Below, piece by piece: positions 49,415 through 61,124 of a DNA stretch of 64,000 nt. Each line of letters starts with the position of its first letter. The first letter of the stretch is position 1. The notes under the pieces are model-generated. The model had not been told where the DNA came from, did no database searches, and worked only from the letters and a program-made list of their open reading frames with translations. A program made the position numbers and the translations under genes. This DNA is from an uncultured Acidobacteriota bacterium (lineage in GTDB: Bacteria > Acidobacteriota > Terriglobia > Acidiferrales > UBA7541), in the NCBI GenBank assembly GCA_963804145.1, contig CAWDPI010000011.1, positions 30,563-94,562 on the forward strand, read 5' to 3'.

Positions 49415-51088
49415 TTGACTGAGTTGGCCGGGCCTTGTAGATTTAAGAACCGGCTGGATAAGCGATTGCGGTTTAATTTTGGCAGATTCCGGTGTGTGTG
49501 GAACGCGTGCCTCGGAGCGATCCTGCTCGTGGCTGCGCTGGCGCAGGCGCACGCGCAAACGCCGGCTGCCAAGGCTCCCGCCCCGTCCGCGCCGGAAGAA
49601 GCTCACCGAACGGTTTCCGTCGATTCAAGTCCCCAGCTTTTTGCGGTCATGTGCGCGCTGGACGCAGCCGGATACGAGTCCGGTGCGAGCAACGCGAGCG
49701 ATGCCCCGGGACGCGTTCAGTTGCGCAAGCGCATGCAGGCGCTGCAAGGGCCTGCAGTGTCCGCGCTTCGCAAATACTACGCGGAGCATGCCTTGGGCGA
49801 TTCCGGGGCCACGTTCTCCAGGTTTGTCACCTTCGCCCTGGTAGTTGGCCCGCCTCCGGATTTTCAGTTTGAATTGCGCCGCGACGATTTGCCGCCGGAA
49901 GCGCTGACCCTGGAAGGCTTCAATCCGATCCTGGCAAATTTTTATAGTGAGGCAAAACTCGACGAGCTCTCGAAATTTTATCAGCGCGATTACGAAGCCG
50001 GCGTGGAGGCCTTGCGCGCTCCTATTTCCAACCTCGTTTTCACGGTTTCAAATTATCTTCGCGAAATCATACGTCCCAGCAACCGCCGCACATTTTCCGT
50101 TTACGTCGAGCCTCTCGCCGGCGGCAAGACAATTTTCCGAACCTTCGGAGACCAGTATGCCCTGGTCGTCCGGCCCAGTGCCGATCCGCCGATGGACGAC
50201 ATTCGCCACGCATTCCTGCATTTTATTCTCGATCCGATCGCGATCCGCTACCGTGTGCAAGCTTCCCGGGCTTCTCCGCTGCTCGAATACGCCGCGCGCG
50301 CGCCGCAGCTCCCGGTGGATTTGCGCGATGATTTTTCGGGTTTCTTTGACGAATGCCTGGTGCGCGCGGTGGAGCTTCGGTTGCGCCGCCTGTCTCCGGA
50401 CGATTTGTCCTCGGCCATCGACCAGGCCGAAAGCAGCGGGTACGTTCTCGTGCGCCCCATTTACGCGGGGCTTTCCGGATTTGAAAAATCGGAACCGGCG
50501 ATGGGGTATTACTTGCCGGACCTGATCAAGGGAATCGATGTGGAGGCGGAACAGCGGCGGTTGCGGGGCGTGAAATTTGCGGACGCGGCTCCCACAGGCG
50601 CGGCGCCGCCCGACGACGTGAGAATGGCGGCGAAGCCGGTTCCTTCTGCGGTTCCAGGAGACGACGATCTGGCCGAAGGGCAGCGGCAGATTTCCGCGCG
50701 AAACGGCGCCGCGGCTGCCGCGTCCTTTGAACGTGTGCTCGCGTCGCATCCCGATGATGAGCGCGCCACCTATGGTCTTGCCGTGGCTTCCGCGCTGCAG
50801 GGCAAGCCGGAAGAGGCGCGCGAACTCTTTAACAAGGTAATCGCGGCGGCGCAGAATCCCCTGGCCGGCGCGGGTGCGCATTCCGATCCGTCGAATCTTT
50901 CGTGGTCGCATATTTATCTCGGAAGAATGTACGATGTAGAGGGGAAAAGGGACCTGGCCGTGCTGGAGTACCGCGCAGCGTTGGCGGTTGCGGGTGCGCC
51001 GGAATCGGCGCGGACCGCCGCGCAACACGGGATCGAGACGGGATACCAGACGCCGTCTCGCGATCGGCAGTCGGACGGTAAGACGTAA
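49415..51088 (+). CDS. Hypothetical secreted protein with C-terminal TPR-like repeats
   Basis: 557-aa ORF with a non-ATG start in the track. Signal-like segment is ACLGAILLVAALAQAHAQ. The C-terminal part (GQRQISARNGAAAAASFERVL...YLGRMYDVEGKRDLAVLEYRAAL) is TPR-like. Confidence 0.65.
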   Translation: MTELAGPCRFKNRLDKRLRFNFGRFRCVWNACLGAILLVAALAQAHAQTPAAKAPAPSAPEEAHRTVSVDSSPQLFAVMCALDAAGYESGASNASDAPGRVQLRKRMQALQGPAVSALRKYYAEHALGDSGATFSRFVTFALVVGPPPDFQFELRRDDLPPEALTLEGFNPILANFYSEAKLDELSKFYQRDYEAGVEALRAPISNLVFTVSNYLREIIRPSNRRTFSVYVEPLAGGKTIFRTFGDQYALVVRPSADPPMDDIRHAFLHFILDPIAIRYRVQASRASPLLEYAARAPQLPVDLRDDFSGFFDECLVRAVELRLRRLSPDDLSSAIDQAESSGYVLVRPIYAGLSGFEKSEPAMGYYLPDLIKGIDVEAEQRRLRGVKFADAAPTGAAPPDDVRMAAKPVPSAVPGDDDLAEGQRQISARNGAAAAASFERVLASHPDDERATYGLAVASALQGKPEEARELFNKVIAAAQNPLAGAGAHSDPSNLSWSHIYLGRMYDVEGKRDLAVLEYRAALAVAGAPESARTAAQHGIETGYQTPSRDRQSDGKT

Positions 51089-51209
51089 TTATATTCCTGC
51101 ACTTCCCGCCGCAGAGCGGCACGCGGCAGGGAGCGCAGGGGCAACATGCAATGCACTCGGAGCGCTCGATCGATCTCCGAGAATTATTTTCGCGGAGGAG
51201 ATTCCCATC

Positions 51210-52067
51210 ATGACGGCAAAGTTCTTCAACTGGTCGGCGGCAATGCTCGGCCTTACGGTCGCAATTTTCCTGGGGGCGGGCATATCCAGCGCTCAGTACA
51301 GTCAACCAGCGGCAGCAGCACCGGCGCCAACGGCAACGCAGAATGCGCCGGCACCAAAAGATTCAGGAAAAGCGCCGAAGGTCAACAAAGCCGAGGAAGC
51401 GGCATACAAAAACGTTTTAGCGGCCCAGGGCGGCGACCCGGCCGCGCAAATCCAGGTCGGCGAGGACTTCATCACTAAATTTCCAATGAGCAAATATGTC
51501 GGCGGAGTCTACGGAATGTTGACCACCGGCTACTACGCCACCGGCAATACGGATAAGATGTTTGCCGCGGGCGCCAAGGCGCTCGAACTCAATCCCGATA
51601 ACGTGGATGTGCTTGCGCTGCTGGCAATGGCCATTCCGCGGCGCGTGAAGGCAAATACGCCGGACGGCCCGCAACAGTTGCAGAAGGCTGAGGTCTACGC
51701 GCACCACGCCATCGAACTTATTCCGACCATGCCGAAACCGGATGCGTTCGACGACGCCACATTCGAGAAGGCCAAGAATGACAAGCTCGCGCTGTGTCAC
51801 AGCGGTTTGGGCCTGATGGCCATCGACCATCAAAAATACGACGATGCCCGGAACGAATTGACCTTAGCCGTGCAACTCGCCACGAGTCCCGATCCGGTCG
51901 ACTACTACCTGCTCGGAAACGCCGATTCGCAAGCCAGCTTCATGAACGGCGCCATCGCCGCCTACGAGAAATGCGCGGCTACCGGACCGCTCACGACCGC
52001 GTGCAAGGCCCGCGCGGAAGCCGTCAAGAAAGACGTGGCCTCGGGAACAAAGTTGAGCAGGGACTGA
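51210..52067 (+). CDS. TPR-repeat protein (secreted)
   Basis: ATG at 51210 gives MTAKFFNWSAAMLGLTVAIFLGAGISSAQ, followed by TPR-like helices. Confidence 0.75.
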   Translation: MTAKFFNWSAAMLGLTVAIFLGAGISSAQYSQPAAAAPAPTATQNAPAPKDSGKAPKVNKAEEAAYKNVLAAQGGDPAAQIQVGEDFITKFPMSKYVGGVYGMLTTGYYATGNTDKMFAAGAKALELNPDNVDVLALLAMAIPRRVKANTPDGPQQLQKAEVYAHHAIELIPTMPKPDAFDDATFEKAKNDKLALCHSGLGLMAIDHQKYDDARNELTLAVQLATSPDPVDYYLLGNADSQASFMNGAIAAYEKCAATGPLTTACKARAEAVKKDVASGTKLSRD

Positions 52068-52077
52068 GCTCACGCCC

Positions 52078-52797
52078 ATGGCTTTCGCCGAGATCGCGGA
52101 GGTGGAGTCACTTCTCGGGTATCCATTCCGTGATACTCGATTGCTGCTCCAGGCCTTGATGCACAGCTCTCGCATCCCGGAACGCACGGCGGAAGAACCC
52201 TCCGAGAGCAACGAGAAACTTGAATTCCTCGGAGACGCCGTCCTCGAGCTAATAGTGAGTGAAGAGCTCGTGCGCGAATTTCCGGAATGGAGCGAGGGGC
52301 AGCTCTCCAAGAGCCGGGCGCGGCTGGTCAACGCCACGGCGATTTCTCTTTCGGCCCAGCGCCTCGGTCTGGGCAAGTACCTGCGCCTCGGCCGCGGAGA
52401 AGAGAAGACCGGCGGACGAACCAAGCCCGCGCTTCTGGCGGACGCTTACGAGGCCTTGATCGCGGCGATTTATCTGGACGGCGGGCTGGAGGCGGCGCGC
52501 GGATTCGTCCGGCGCACTCTGGTGGAGGGAGCGATCGCGGGCGAGGCCGAACGCATGGGCCACACCGACCATAAATCCGCCCTGCAGGAATTTCTGCAAT
52601 CGCGGGGAATGGCGCCGGGAGCGTATCATGTGATTGCGGAGAGCGGCCCAGATCATCAGAAAATATTTCGCGTGGAGGTTCGCATCGCAGGGCAGACTCC
52701 CGCGATGGGATCGGGTAGAACCAAAAAAGAAGCGGAGCAATCCGCTGCGATCGCGGCCCTGATACAATTGGGGGCAGAGGAGCGAAGTGACGTCTGA
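52078..52797 (+). CDS. rnc: Ribonuclease III
   Basis: The signature NEKLEFLGDAVLELIVSE and a C-terminal dsRBD (KSALQEFLQSRG...GSGRTKKEAEQSAA) are present. Confidence 0.95.
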   Translation: MAFAEIAEVESLLGYPFRDTRLLLQALMHSSRIPERTAEEPSESNEKLEFLGDAVLELIVSEELVREFPEWSEGQLSKSRARLVNATAISLSAQRLGLGKYLRLGRGEEKTGGRTKPALLADAYEALIAAIYLDGGLEAARGFVRRTLVEGAIAGEAERMGHTDHKSALQEFLQSRGMAPGAYHVIAESGPDHQKIFRVEVRIAGQTPAMGSGRTKKEAEQSAAIAALIQLGAEERSDV

Positions 52798-53590
52798 AAC
52801 CGTACAGGCGGTGGGAGCGCGCGAAGCTGCGGCGGCGCAGCACGAGGGAACGCGCCCCGCCACGGTGCGCGAGTACATCGAATCGCTTCTGGTCACGGTG
52901 ATCCTGGCGCTGTTCGGCACGACGTTCATCGTGCAGGCGTTCAAGATTCCATCGCAATCCATGGAGCCGACGCTTCTGGTCGGCGATCACCTGCTCGTGA
53001 ATAAATTTATTTTCGGCGGACGGGGACAATGGTACGACCATTTTCTGCCGTATCGTGAAATTCGCCGCGGCGACATTATCGTTTTCAAATTTCCGTTTCA
53101 GGATCACCCGCATTACGTCAAGCGCGTGATTGGAGTTCCCGGCGACCGCGTCAAGATCGTGGACCAGCTGGTGTATGTCAACGGGAAGCGGATCAACGAG
53201 CCGTACATCGTCCGCGATCCCGCCGCGCCGTATGACCCGTTTGGAGACAACTTCCCGCCGCGCAGTCCGCAATACCTGCAGGCCAACATGCAGCCCGAAT
53301 GGGCGGACGAAATTTTTCAGTACATCCACGACGGCGAAATTGTGGTCCCTCCGGAAAAATATTTCGCCATGGGCGATAACCGCGACCATAGCTGGGACAG
53401 CCGTTTCTGGGGATTCGTGGATCGCGACGCCGTCATGGGCCGTCCGGTGGTGATTTACTGGTCCGTTGTGGGCGACGGCAATGACGGTGCGGACCGAAAC
53501 GTGAATTCGTGGTTCTTGAATCTCCTCGATACTGTGCTGCATTTGCCGTCACGCACGCGGTGGTCGCGGATGCTGCATGAAGTTCACTGA
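52787..53590 (+). CDS. lepB: Signal peptidase I
   Basis: The S26 boxes are present: IPSQSMEPTLLVGDHLLVNK, YVKRVIGVPGD and MGDNRDHSWDSRFWGFV. The gene overlaps rnc by 11 nt. Confidence 0.95.
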   Translation: MTSETVQAVGAREAAAAQHEGTRPATVREYIESLLVTVILALFGTTFIVQAFKIPSQSMEPTLLVGDHLLVNKFIFGGRGQWYDHFLPYREIRRGDIIVFKFPFQDHPHYVKRVIGVPGDRVKIVDQLVYVNGKRINEPYIVRDPAAPYDPFGDNFPPRSPQYLQANMQPEWADEIFQYIHDGEIVVPPEKYFAMGDNRDHSWDSRFWGFVDRDAVMGRPVVIYWSVVGDGNDGADRNVNSWFLNLLDTVLHLPSRTRWSRMLHEVH

Positions 53591-53687
53591 CGCGGCACTT
53601 TTCTTCTCTCCCGCCTTTTGTAACAATTCCTGATTGCGTACCCTTGTCCTATTTGAAAGGCGATCGCGTGGCATGATTCCATAGGAG

Positions 53688-53765
53688 GTCGGGACTTTAG
53701 TCCCGACGAAAAGTGTCATCTGATCAGGGGTTTTAACCCCTGAAGCTTCAGGGGCTGAAGCCCGC
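53688..53765. repeat. Cluster of short hairpins including GGCTGAAGCC-family sequence
   Basis: ggtcgggac-ttta-gtcccgac, aggggttttaacccct, and cccctgaagcttcaggggctgaagccc. Confidence 0.5.
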
Positions 53766-53851
53766 AATTGAGCGCAGTCCGAATGGCCGAGCTGAAGCTC
53801 GGCCCTCCTCGAGGCGAAAACTCTCAGAGTAGGACAGTACGTGATTACAGC

Positions 53852-56627
53852 ATGACCAAACGAAAATGGCTGCGTGTGGTTTTGACCGGCGGCGTCTTGC
53901 TCTTTGCCGCGAGCTTCGGATTTTCACGCCTCTTGCGGGCGAGTGCCGCGCGCCGCTACCTGATCGCGCACCTCGCCGCGAGCTTTGGCCGCCCCGTCGA
54001 CGTTTCCTGGTTCGATTTCAGTTTGCTCGACGGCGCGCGGATCGAGGCCCATTTCGTCAGCGTTTCGGATGATCCGCATTTCGGCAACGAATACTTCCTG
54101 CGCTCGGACACGCTCACAGCGGGCCTGGGATGGAGGGCCCTGCTCTCCGGCCGCTTCGAGTTCGGTTCCGTCTCGCTTTCGCGTCCCAGTCTGAATTTGG
54201 CGCGCGACGCCGAAGGTCACTGGAATATCGAGCGCTGGCTGCCGCCCGCTCCGCCGCCCGGCGCGCGCCCCGGATTTGTTGGCCCGGTGGCGCCGTCGCG
54301 CGATGCACGTGCGGCGCGCCCTTACCGGATCGACGTGGACGGCGGGCGCATTAATTTCAAGCAGGGGGACAACAAAAGTCCCTTCGCGCTTGTCGACGTT
54401 TCGGGCAGCGTCGAGCAGAATGGCGCGGGCCGCTGGCAGCTCGATCTGGAAGCGCGGCCGATGCGCGCGGGTGTGGAGCTGCAGGATATCGGGACGTTGC
54501 GCTTGCGCGGTTCGATTGCCGGAACGACCGCGCGTCTTCAGCCGGCCCAGCTTAATCTGACCTGGCGCGCCGCATCTCTTGCGGATGCGCTGCGTCTTGT
54601 CCGGCAGAATGACTACGGAATGCGCGGCCTGCTTGCGGTCGATCTCGATGCGCGCGTCGGCCCCGCGGAATCCTCTCCGGCTCGCGGCGCGGATTCCGGC
54701 GCAGCGCAATGGTCCATTTCCGCAGCGGCGCGATTGACCGGGATGCACGGCTGGAGGCTCCCCGAGCGTGACACGGATCCCGCGGCCAATCTTTCCGTGG
54801 AAATGAACTGGCGGCTCGGCCAGGCTCACGCGGAAATTCGGAAACTGCTTTTGGAAATGCCGGCGTCGCACGTTCAAGGGACCGGCGAATTGGATTGGGC
54901 GCATGGTCTTCATCCGCAACTGAACATTGCGTCCTCGACGCTGGCGCTCGGCGATGTGCTCTCCTGGTATCGAGCCCTGCAACCGGATGTTGCGCCGGAT
55001 TTGCGCGCGGATTGCGCTCTCGGCCTGGATTTGCAGTTTGGCGGATGGCCACTCCAGCTTCAGCAGGGCGCCCTTTCCAGTGCCGGCGGAACGCTGACCG
55101 ATGAAATCGCTGCCTGCGCCGTTGCGGATCGGCGCCGTAAACGCGAGCGTATCGCGTGGAGGAATCGATATTGCGCCGACGCAGATTTCCTTTGTGCCCA
55201 TTCCTGCGGGGAACGCAAGTGCGGAAGCGCAAGCGGGCAGCGAGCCTCAGAATTCTTTCGTCTTGCGCGGATCCATTTTTCCCCAGGCAAACGGCGCGCT
55301 GCACTGGCCGCTGGATTGGAATTTTTCCATCGAAGGCGCAACTCCGCGCGTGCAGGACTGGCTTGCTCTTTCCAGCGCGCTCGCTCAACCCATGAATTCT
55401 GGCTGGACCGCCGCGGGCGGCCTTGCGGTGAAGATGCGCGGAGTGCATCGCGCGGAATCGCCCGCAGTCCCGTGGCTTGGGACCATGGATTTTCTTGGGC
55501 TGGCCTTGAGTCCCGACTACGTCAACCAGCCGGTGCGCTTGCCGAAAGCCCACGTCGAATTTGCGGCGTTGCAGAGGACTATCACGTTATCCGCGGCGGA
55601 GGCGTTCGGCGCGATCTGGCATGGCTCGATCGCGCGAAAATATTCGGACAAGCAATGGGCATTCGATCTTTCCGCGGACCATCTGGACGCCGCGGAGATG
55701 GACCGCTGGCTCGGGCCGCGCGCCCGGCCGGGCTTCCTCGCGCGATTTACCGGCGCGGATTCCGCCGCAGGCGCTGCAATTCCGGTTGCCGACGCGGTCG
55801 TGACGCGGCTCGCGGCGCGCGGGCGTCTTCGCGCCGGTGCGATCGATGTTCCGCCAATGCATATCGAACAATTCGACGGCCAGGCGGAACTCGCCGGACG
55901 TGCGGTCCGGATTCGCAATGGCCAGGCTGATTTTTTTGGCGGAAAAATTTCCGGCTCGTTCGATGCGCAGCTGCTGCCCAATCCTTCATATGAATTTGAG
56001 GGCCGCTTCGATCGCGTGGACTTTGCCCAGCTGGGACGCGCCGTGCCCTTCTTGAACAGCCGGATTGGCGGAAACGCGTCGGCCACGCTCTCCCTGTCTG
56101 CTCACGGCATTGGCCGGCAGGATCTGGTTGGCTCGATGCAAGGGCAGGGCACGCTGAATGGACGAAATGTCGAGCTACGCGGCCTCGACCTCTCCAGCGT
56201 GTTTCCGGGGGACAATCCGAACGCTGCGCCGGATGTGTTCGCATCCCTTCAGGGAAAGTACCGCATCCAGGCTGGAGGAATCGATCTTGCGGATTTTGTG
56301 ATGGATAATTCCCGGGGGCGGCTCGAAGCGGAAGGGCGAATCGATTTCTCGCACGCGCTGAATATTCGAGTCCACCCCTCGATTTTCCAGGCGGCGACGG
56401 CTCCTGCTTCCGCCTCGCCGCCCAGTTTTCTCTTGGGCGGGACGATTGAGAGTCCGAAGCTGGTGCTCCCGTCTGCCGCACCTAAGTCAGCACTCCGGCC
56501 TGGTTCGCGCGCTGCCCTCCACTGTTTCCAAGCCGGCGGCGCGGTCCAGTTCCCGTTAGAACTTGGTAGGACGGGCTTCAGCCTGTCGCCTTTTGTCGAA
56601 TTTCATGAGAAAACCCGGACAGGCTGA
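53852..56627 (+). CDS. AsmA-family outer-membrane biogenesis protein, apparent +1 frameshift near 55097; 3' end uncertain
   Basis: ATG at 53852 gives an N-terminal anchor (MTKRKWLRVVLTGGVLLFAASFGF). ORF 53768-55930 is meaningful up to ...SSAGGTL, and ORF 55101-56627 continues (PMKSLPAPLRIGAVNASV...). The last ~25 codons run into a repeat hairpin. Confidence 0.8.
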
Positions 56628-56632
56628 AGCCC
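56573..56632. repeat. Hairpin repeat, GGCTTCAGCC family
   Basis: gggcttcagcctgtc (56573-56587) pairs with gacaggctgaagccc (56618-56632). Confidence 0.65.
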
Positions 56633-56718
56633 ATCTTACTCGCGCGCGCCCTCCGGGCAGCGTTGCAGCCGCCGATCCTGCATCATACTATCGACGTTTG
56701 CGGAGCACCTGTGCATAT

Positions 56719-57792
56719 ATGAGCAATCATCGGTCATTTATGCGGCACGCGGCTGCACTTTGCGCAATTTTACTGGCGATTTCTCTCAGCGCTCGCGGCC
56801 AGAATACTCCCGTCAAAAAATCGCCTGCGGCGCGGGAGCAGAAGAGCGGTGCGGTTTCGCCGCGTGTTTCTCTGACGCCGCGATTTATTCCAGGACAAAC
56901 GTTCCGCTACGAAATGGAGTATGAGACGACCACCGAGACTTCGCGTTCCGGCCTCGCTTCCGATCCGCAGGGCCCGTCCAGCCTGGTGGTCGTTTGGAAC
57001 GCGACCGTGCGCATCGAAGTTCTCCCGGCCGATGCGGACACGCCGGGCGGAATCCGGCTGCGCACCACGTATGAGAAATCCACGGCCAGCGTTCGCAGCG
57101 ATACCTTCGATCCCGCGGCTGACGAAACCAGCGCGCAATATCATCAGCTGGAAGGCAAGGTGGTCGAATTCACACTCGGCGCCGATGGAAAAGTGAAATC
57201 CGTTTCCGGCGTTGAGGGAATGGTCGACTCCGAAAAAGCGGCGCAGTCGTCGCGGGAATGGATCGCGCAACTCAGCACCAGCGCGGGCGCGCCGGCCGGA
57301 GGCGTTTCCGTGGGACAAGCATGGTCCTCGGATCAGCCGGCCGATTCGTTGCTTATCGGCGGGCTCGTCTGGCACACCGACTCGGAATATCTTCGAAACG
57401 AATCGTGCCATCCTGCGAATCCCGATGTCCCAGCCGCGCCAGGCGCCGCGGATTCGGCCGCGAATTCCGCAGCGAATTCACAACCGGCAACTGACTGCGC
57501 AGTGATCCTGGCGAATTTGAATCTGGTCCGCTCCAAGGCGGTCCGCGATCCGACTCCCCCGGATTTCCGCAAAAATGGGGTGACCTCGGCGGGAAAGTGG
57601 AACGGATCGGCGCAGAGTTTGCTTTACGTCTCGCTCGCCTCGGGCATGATCGTGAGCGTGACGCAATCCGGAACGGAACAAATGGACGTGACGCTCACTA
57701 CAAACCACTTCAACACTTCCATGCGCTACACCGGGACAATCTCGACGCGCTCGCAAGTTGCGCTCGTCGCTGACGACGCGCATGGGAAATAA
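56719..57792 (+). CDS. Secreted hypothetical protein
   Basis: ATG at 56719 gives MSNHRSFMRHAAALCAILLAISLSARGQ. The protein is beta-rich and I recognise no family. Confidence 0.6.
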   Translation: MSNHRSFMRHAAALCAILLAISLSARGQNTPVKKSPAAREQKSGAVSPRVSLTPRFIPGQTFRYEMEYETTTETSRSGLASDPQGPSSLVVVWNATVRIEVLPADADTPGGIRLRTTYEKSTASVRSDTFDPAADETSAQYHQLEGKVVEFTLGADGKVKSVSGVEGMVDSEKAAQSSREWIAQLSTSAGAPAGGVSVGQAWSSDQPADSLLIGGLVWHTDSEYLRNESCHPANPDVPAAPGAADSAANSAANSQPATDCAVILANLNLVRSKAVRDPTPPDFRKNGVTSAGKWNGSAQSLLYVSLASGMIVSVTQSGTEQMDVTLTTNHFNTSMRYTGTISTRSQVALVADDAHGK

Positions 57793-57909
57793 TTTGTCGA
57801 AGTCATGCTACGTGTCGGCTTCCCGATAGGGCCGTTTCACAAGACTTGATCGCACTTCGGCCTATAATGGCGTGAGACTGGCGAGATCCATCCCGCAAGA
57901 GGAGGTCTG

Positions 57910-58746
57910 ATGAGTAGCAAAAAGGTCTGGCTTATAACTGGAGCCAGCCGAGGTATGGGCTTAGATTTCGCCAAGGCGGCCTTGGCAGCAGGCCACAAAG
58001 TTGTGGCCTCAGGCAGGGACTGCGACCGCATATCTAAGGCCTTGGGACAGTCGACCGATCTGCTGGCCGTAAAGCTGGACGTTACCAGTCGAGCGGATGC
58101 CGAAATGGCGGTTCGGGCCGCTGTCGGACGGTTCAGTCGCATCGACGTGTTGGTCAACAATGCCGCCAGCTTTTACGCGGGCTACTTCGAGGAACTGACA
58201 CCCGAGCAAATGGATCGGCAGTTGGCGGCGAGCCTGATTGGTCCAATGAACGTTACACGTTCGGTCTTGCCTGTCATGCGCAAGCAACGCTCCGGCCAGA
58301 TCATCTCGATCTCATCGTCAGCGGGCCTGTCGGGCTTCGAGTTCGGGACGGCCTACGCTGCCTCGAAATTCGGGCTTGAGGGCTGGATGGAGTCGCTACA
58401 CGCCGAGGTTGCGCCGTTCGGCATTACAACTACTATTGTCAACCCTGGCTTCTTTCGTACGGAACTTCTCACGGAGCAATCCACGAACTTCGCCGAGCCG
58501 TCGATCAAGGACTACGATGAGCGCAGAGCGAAGCAGCTTGAATTTTGGAAAGGTCAGAATGGCAAGCAGTCCGGCGACCCGGCTAAGCTCGCGCGAGCGC
58601 TTATTATCGTTGCGAACCAAGAGCCGCCGCCGCGCCGCTTTATCGCAGGTGCCGATGCCATTGCCACTGCAGAGCAGAGAGTTGCCGATCTGACAGCGCA
58701 AATCAACGCTAACCGCGAGCTCTCTACGTCCCTCGATTTCGATTGA
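57910..58746 (+). CDS. SDR-family oxidoreductase (short-chain dehydrogenase)
   Basis: TGASRGMG (the TGxxxGxG motif), NNAA, and the catalytic S...YxxxK (YAASKFGLEG) are present, with a strong SD (agaggagg). Confidence 0.92.
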   Translation: MSSKKVWLITGASRGMGLDFAKAALAAGHKVVASGRDCDRISKALGQSTDLLAVKLDVTSRADAEMAVRAAVGRFSRIDVLVNNAASFYAGYFEELTPEQMDRQLAASLIGPMNVTRSVLPVMRKQRSGQIISISSSAGLSGFEFGTAYAASKFGLEGWMESLHAEVAPFGITTTIVNPGFFRTELLTEQSTNFAEPSIKDYDERRAKQLEFWKGQNGKQSGDPAKLARALIIVANQEPPPRRFIAGADAIATAEQRVADLTAQINANRELSTSLDFD

Positions 58747-58889
58747 GAGGCCGTTGCACGGCCCAACTCCCACTTATCGGAATGTGGCTCACCGCAACGA
58801 GATCATCCGCTTTCTTCGATCTTCATCCGACTGCGCTATAATGTATGGTTCTGCGCGGGCCGTTAGGCGCGCCGTGCAGCCCATAGGCG

Positions 58890-60923
58890 ATGAACTTCAA
58901 ACTCATGAGCGATTACGAGCCTCGCGGCGATCAACCCGACGCGATCGAACAGCTTTCGCGCGGCATCGAGGCGGGCGAAAAGCATCAGGTGCTGCTCGGC
59001 GTTACTGGATCGGGAAAAACTTTTACTGCGGCCAAGGTGATCGAGCGGGCGAACCGGCCTGTCCTGGTGCTCGCGCACAACAAGACGCTGGCGGCGCAGC
59101 TCTACAGCGAATTCAAGAGTTTCTTTCCGCAGAACGCGGTCGAATATTTTGTGAGCTACTACGATTTCTACCAGCCGGAAGCCTACATTCCCGCGTCGGA
59201 TACTTACATCGAAAAAGAATCGACGATCAACGACGAGCTGGACAAGCTGCGCATGAGCGCGACGCGTTCGCTCTTTGAGCGCCGCGACGTCATCGTGGTC
59301 GCGTCCGTCTCCTGCATCTATGGCATCGGCTCTCCCGAAGCGTATTACGGCATGCTGCTCATGATCGAAAAGGGGCAGAGCACCAATCGCGAAGCGGTGC
59401 TTCGGAAACTCGTCGACATGCAGTACCAGCGCGCGGAAGATTTGCGGCGCGGCACATTTCGCGTGCGCGGCGACCGCCTGGAAATTTATCCGCCGTACGA
59501 AGACAACGGTTACGCCATCGAGCTTTGGGGCGATCAAGTCGACGCCATCCGCCAGATCGATCCGCTCACGGGAGAAGTGCGCTCCGGCCAGAATGATTTG
59601 TCGAGGCTGACAGTCTATCCGAAGTCGCACTACGTGATGCCCGCGGCGCAGAGGGAACGCGCGATCAAGACAATCCTCGAAGAGCTCGACTGGTGGAAGC
59701 CGGAACTGGAAAAGCAGGGCAAGTACGCCGAGGCGCAACGCGTGTGGCAGCGCACCATGTTTGACATCGAGATGATGCGCACGATCGGCTATTGCCACGG
59801 CATCGAAAATTATTCGCGGCACATGTCCGGCCGCCTGCCCGGAGAAGCGCCGCCCACGCTGCTCGATTATTTTCCGCAGGATTATCTGCTGTTCATCGAC
59901 GAATCGCACCAGACCATTCCGCAACTCCACGCGATGTATCACGGAGACCGTTCGCGCAAGCAGACGCTCGTGAACTACGGCTTCCGCATGCCCTCGGCGC
60001 TCGACAATCGCCCGCTGAATTTCGAGGAGTTCGAGCACCGCACCGGGCAAGTGCTCTACGTTTCGGCGACGCCGGGGCCTTATGAGTTGACGCGCTCGGC
60101 GGGAGTGGTGGTCGAGCAGGTGATTCGCCCGACGGGCCTCGTGGACCCGCAAATCGAGGTTCGCCCGGTGAAGGGGCAGGTGGACGATCTGCTCGAGGAG
60201 ATTCGCAAGCGCGCCGAACGCAACGAGCGCGTCCTCGTCACCACGCTGACCAAGCGCATGTCTGAGGACCTCGCCGAATATTTCACGGAGACGGGCGTGC
60301 GCTGCCGCTACATGCACTCGGAAATCGATACACTCGAGCGCGTGCGCATCCTGCGCGACTTGCGCCGCGGTGAATTCGACGTTCTGATTGGCATCAACCT
60401 GCTGCGCGAGGGCCTCGACTTGCCGGAAGTTTCACTCGTCGCCATCCTCGACGCCGACAAGGAAGGTTATCTGCGCAGCGCGACCGCGCTCATTCAGACC
60501 ATGGGCCGCTGCGCGAGGCACGTCGAAGGACGCGCCATCCTCTATGCCGACCGTATGACTGGCTCGATGGCCCAGGCCATCGAGGAAACCAGCCGCCGCC
60601 GCGCCAAGCAAGTGGCCTACAACGACGCGAACGGCATCACGCCGATGTCCATCACCAAGTCCGTCGATATGAAACTGGCCGCGATCGTGGAAGCCGACTA
60701 TGTCACGGTGCCCGCCGAAGATTTTGCCGACGCGGACATCACCAGCGAAACGAAGCTGGGTGAAGTCCTCGCGCAGCTCGAAGTCCAAATGCGCGAAGCC
60801 GCAAAAAAATTCGAGTTCGAGCGTGCCGCCGCCCTGCGCGACCGCATCCGCACGCTGAAGCAGCGCGACCTCGCCGGCTTCTTTTCCGCCGCCTCCGAGC
60901 CCGCACCCAGCGAAGCAAGCTAG
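58890..60923 (+). CDS. uvrB: Excinuclease ABC subunit B
   Basis: Intact 677-aa ORF with Walker A ([10 protein letters not shown]), the beta-hairpin region ([14 protein letters not shown]), DESH, helicase motifs and a C-terminal UVR domain ([11 protein letters not shown]). Confidence 0.98.
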   Translation: MNFKLMSDYEPRGDQPDAIEQLSRGIEAGEKHQVLLGVTGSGKTFTAAKVIERANRPVLVLAHNKTLAAQLYSEFKSFFPQNAVEYFVSYYDFYQPEAYIPASDTYIEKESTINDELDKLRMSATRSLFERRDVIVVASVSCIYGIGSPEAYYGMLLMIEKGQSTNREAVLRKLVDMQYQRAEDLRRGTFRVRGDRLEIYPPYEDNGYAIELWGDQVDAIRQIDPLTGEVRSGQNDLSRLTVYPKSHYVMPAAQRERAIKTILEELDWWKPELEKQGKYAEAQRVWQRTMFDIEMMRTIGYCHGIENYSRHMSGRLPGEAPPTLLDYFPQDYLLFIDESHQTIPQLHAMYHGDRSRKQTLVNYGFRMPSALDNRPLNFEEFEHRTGQVLYVSATPGPYELTRSAGVVVEQVIRPTGLVDPQIEVRPVKGQVDDLLEEIRKRAERNERVLVTTLTKRMSEDLAEYFTETGVRCRYMHSEIDTLERVRILRDLRRGEFDVLIGINLLREGLDLPEVSLVAILDADKEGYLRSATALIQTMGRCARHVEGRAILYADRMTGSMAQAIEETSRRRAKQVAYNDANGITPMSITKSVDMKLAAIVEADYVTVPAEDFADADITSETKLGEVLAQLEVQMREAAKKFEFERAAALRDRIRTLKQRDLAGFFSAASEPAPSEAS

Positions 60924-60929
60924 ATCTTC

Positions 60930-61068
60930 CGTCGGGTGGCCCACGCTTTGCGCCTTTCAAAGGGCGGAGACTTAAATTACTGGATCGCCTCAAATCGAAG
61001 AGGGAATGAGGGTTGTCCCGAAAATCCCCACCCTTGCAAAAGAGGCAAAGATGAGGCACCCAACCGAC
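60930..61068. repeat. MITE-like double-hairpin element, copy 3 (family A, inverted orientation, more diverged)
   Basis: cgtcgggtggcccacgctttgcgcctttcaaagggcgg ... ccccacccttgcaaaagaggcaaagatgaggcacccaaccgacg. The termini are inverted (cgtcgggtg / cacccaaccgacg). Confidence 0.75.
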
Positions 61069-61085
61069 GTTTTGATTGCAAAATA

Positions 61086-61116
61086 GACTTAGCTAAGCTA
61101 AGATGACTTAGCTAAG
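61086..61116 (+). promoter_or_regulatory. Candidate TA operator: two identical 10-bp palindromes
   Basis: cttagctaag occurs at 61088-61097 and 61107-61116, each within a gacttagctaag unit. The second copy is immediately upstream of the SD (aaggaga) and the ATG at 61125. Confidence 0.5.
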
Positions 61117-61124
61117 GAGACGGT

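Noticed and set aside
55101-56627. Separate gene starting at ATG 55101 (MKSLPAPL...)
   Set aside because: The sequence continues the AsmA-family protein without a domain break. The ATG is preceded in-frame by a TGA that exists only because of the inferred extra base at about 55097. No SD or intergenic gap is present.
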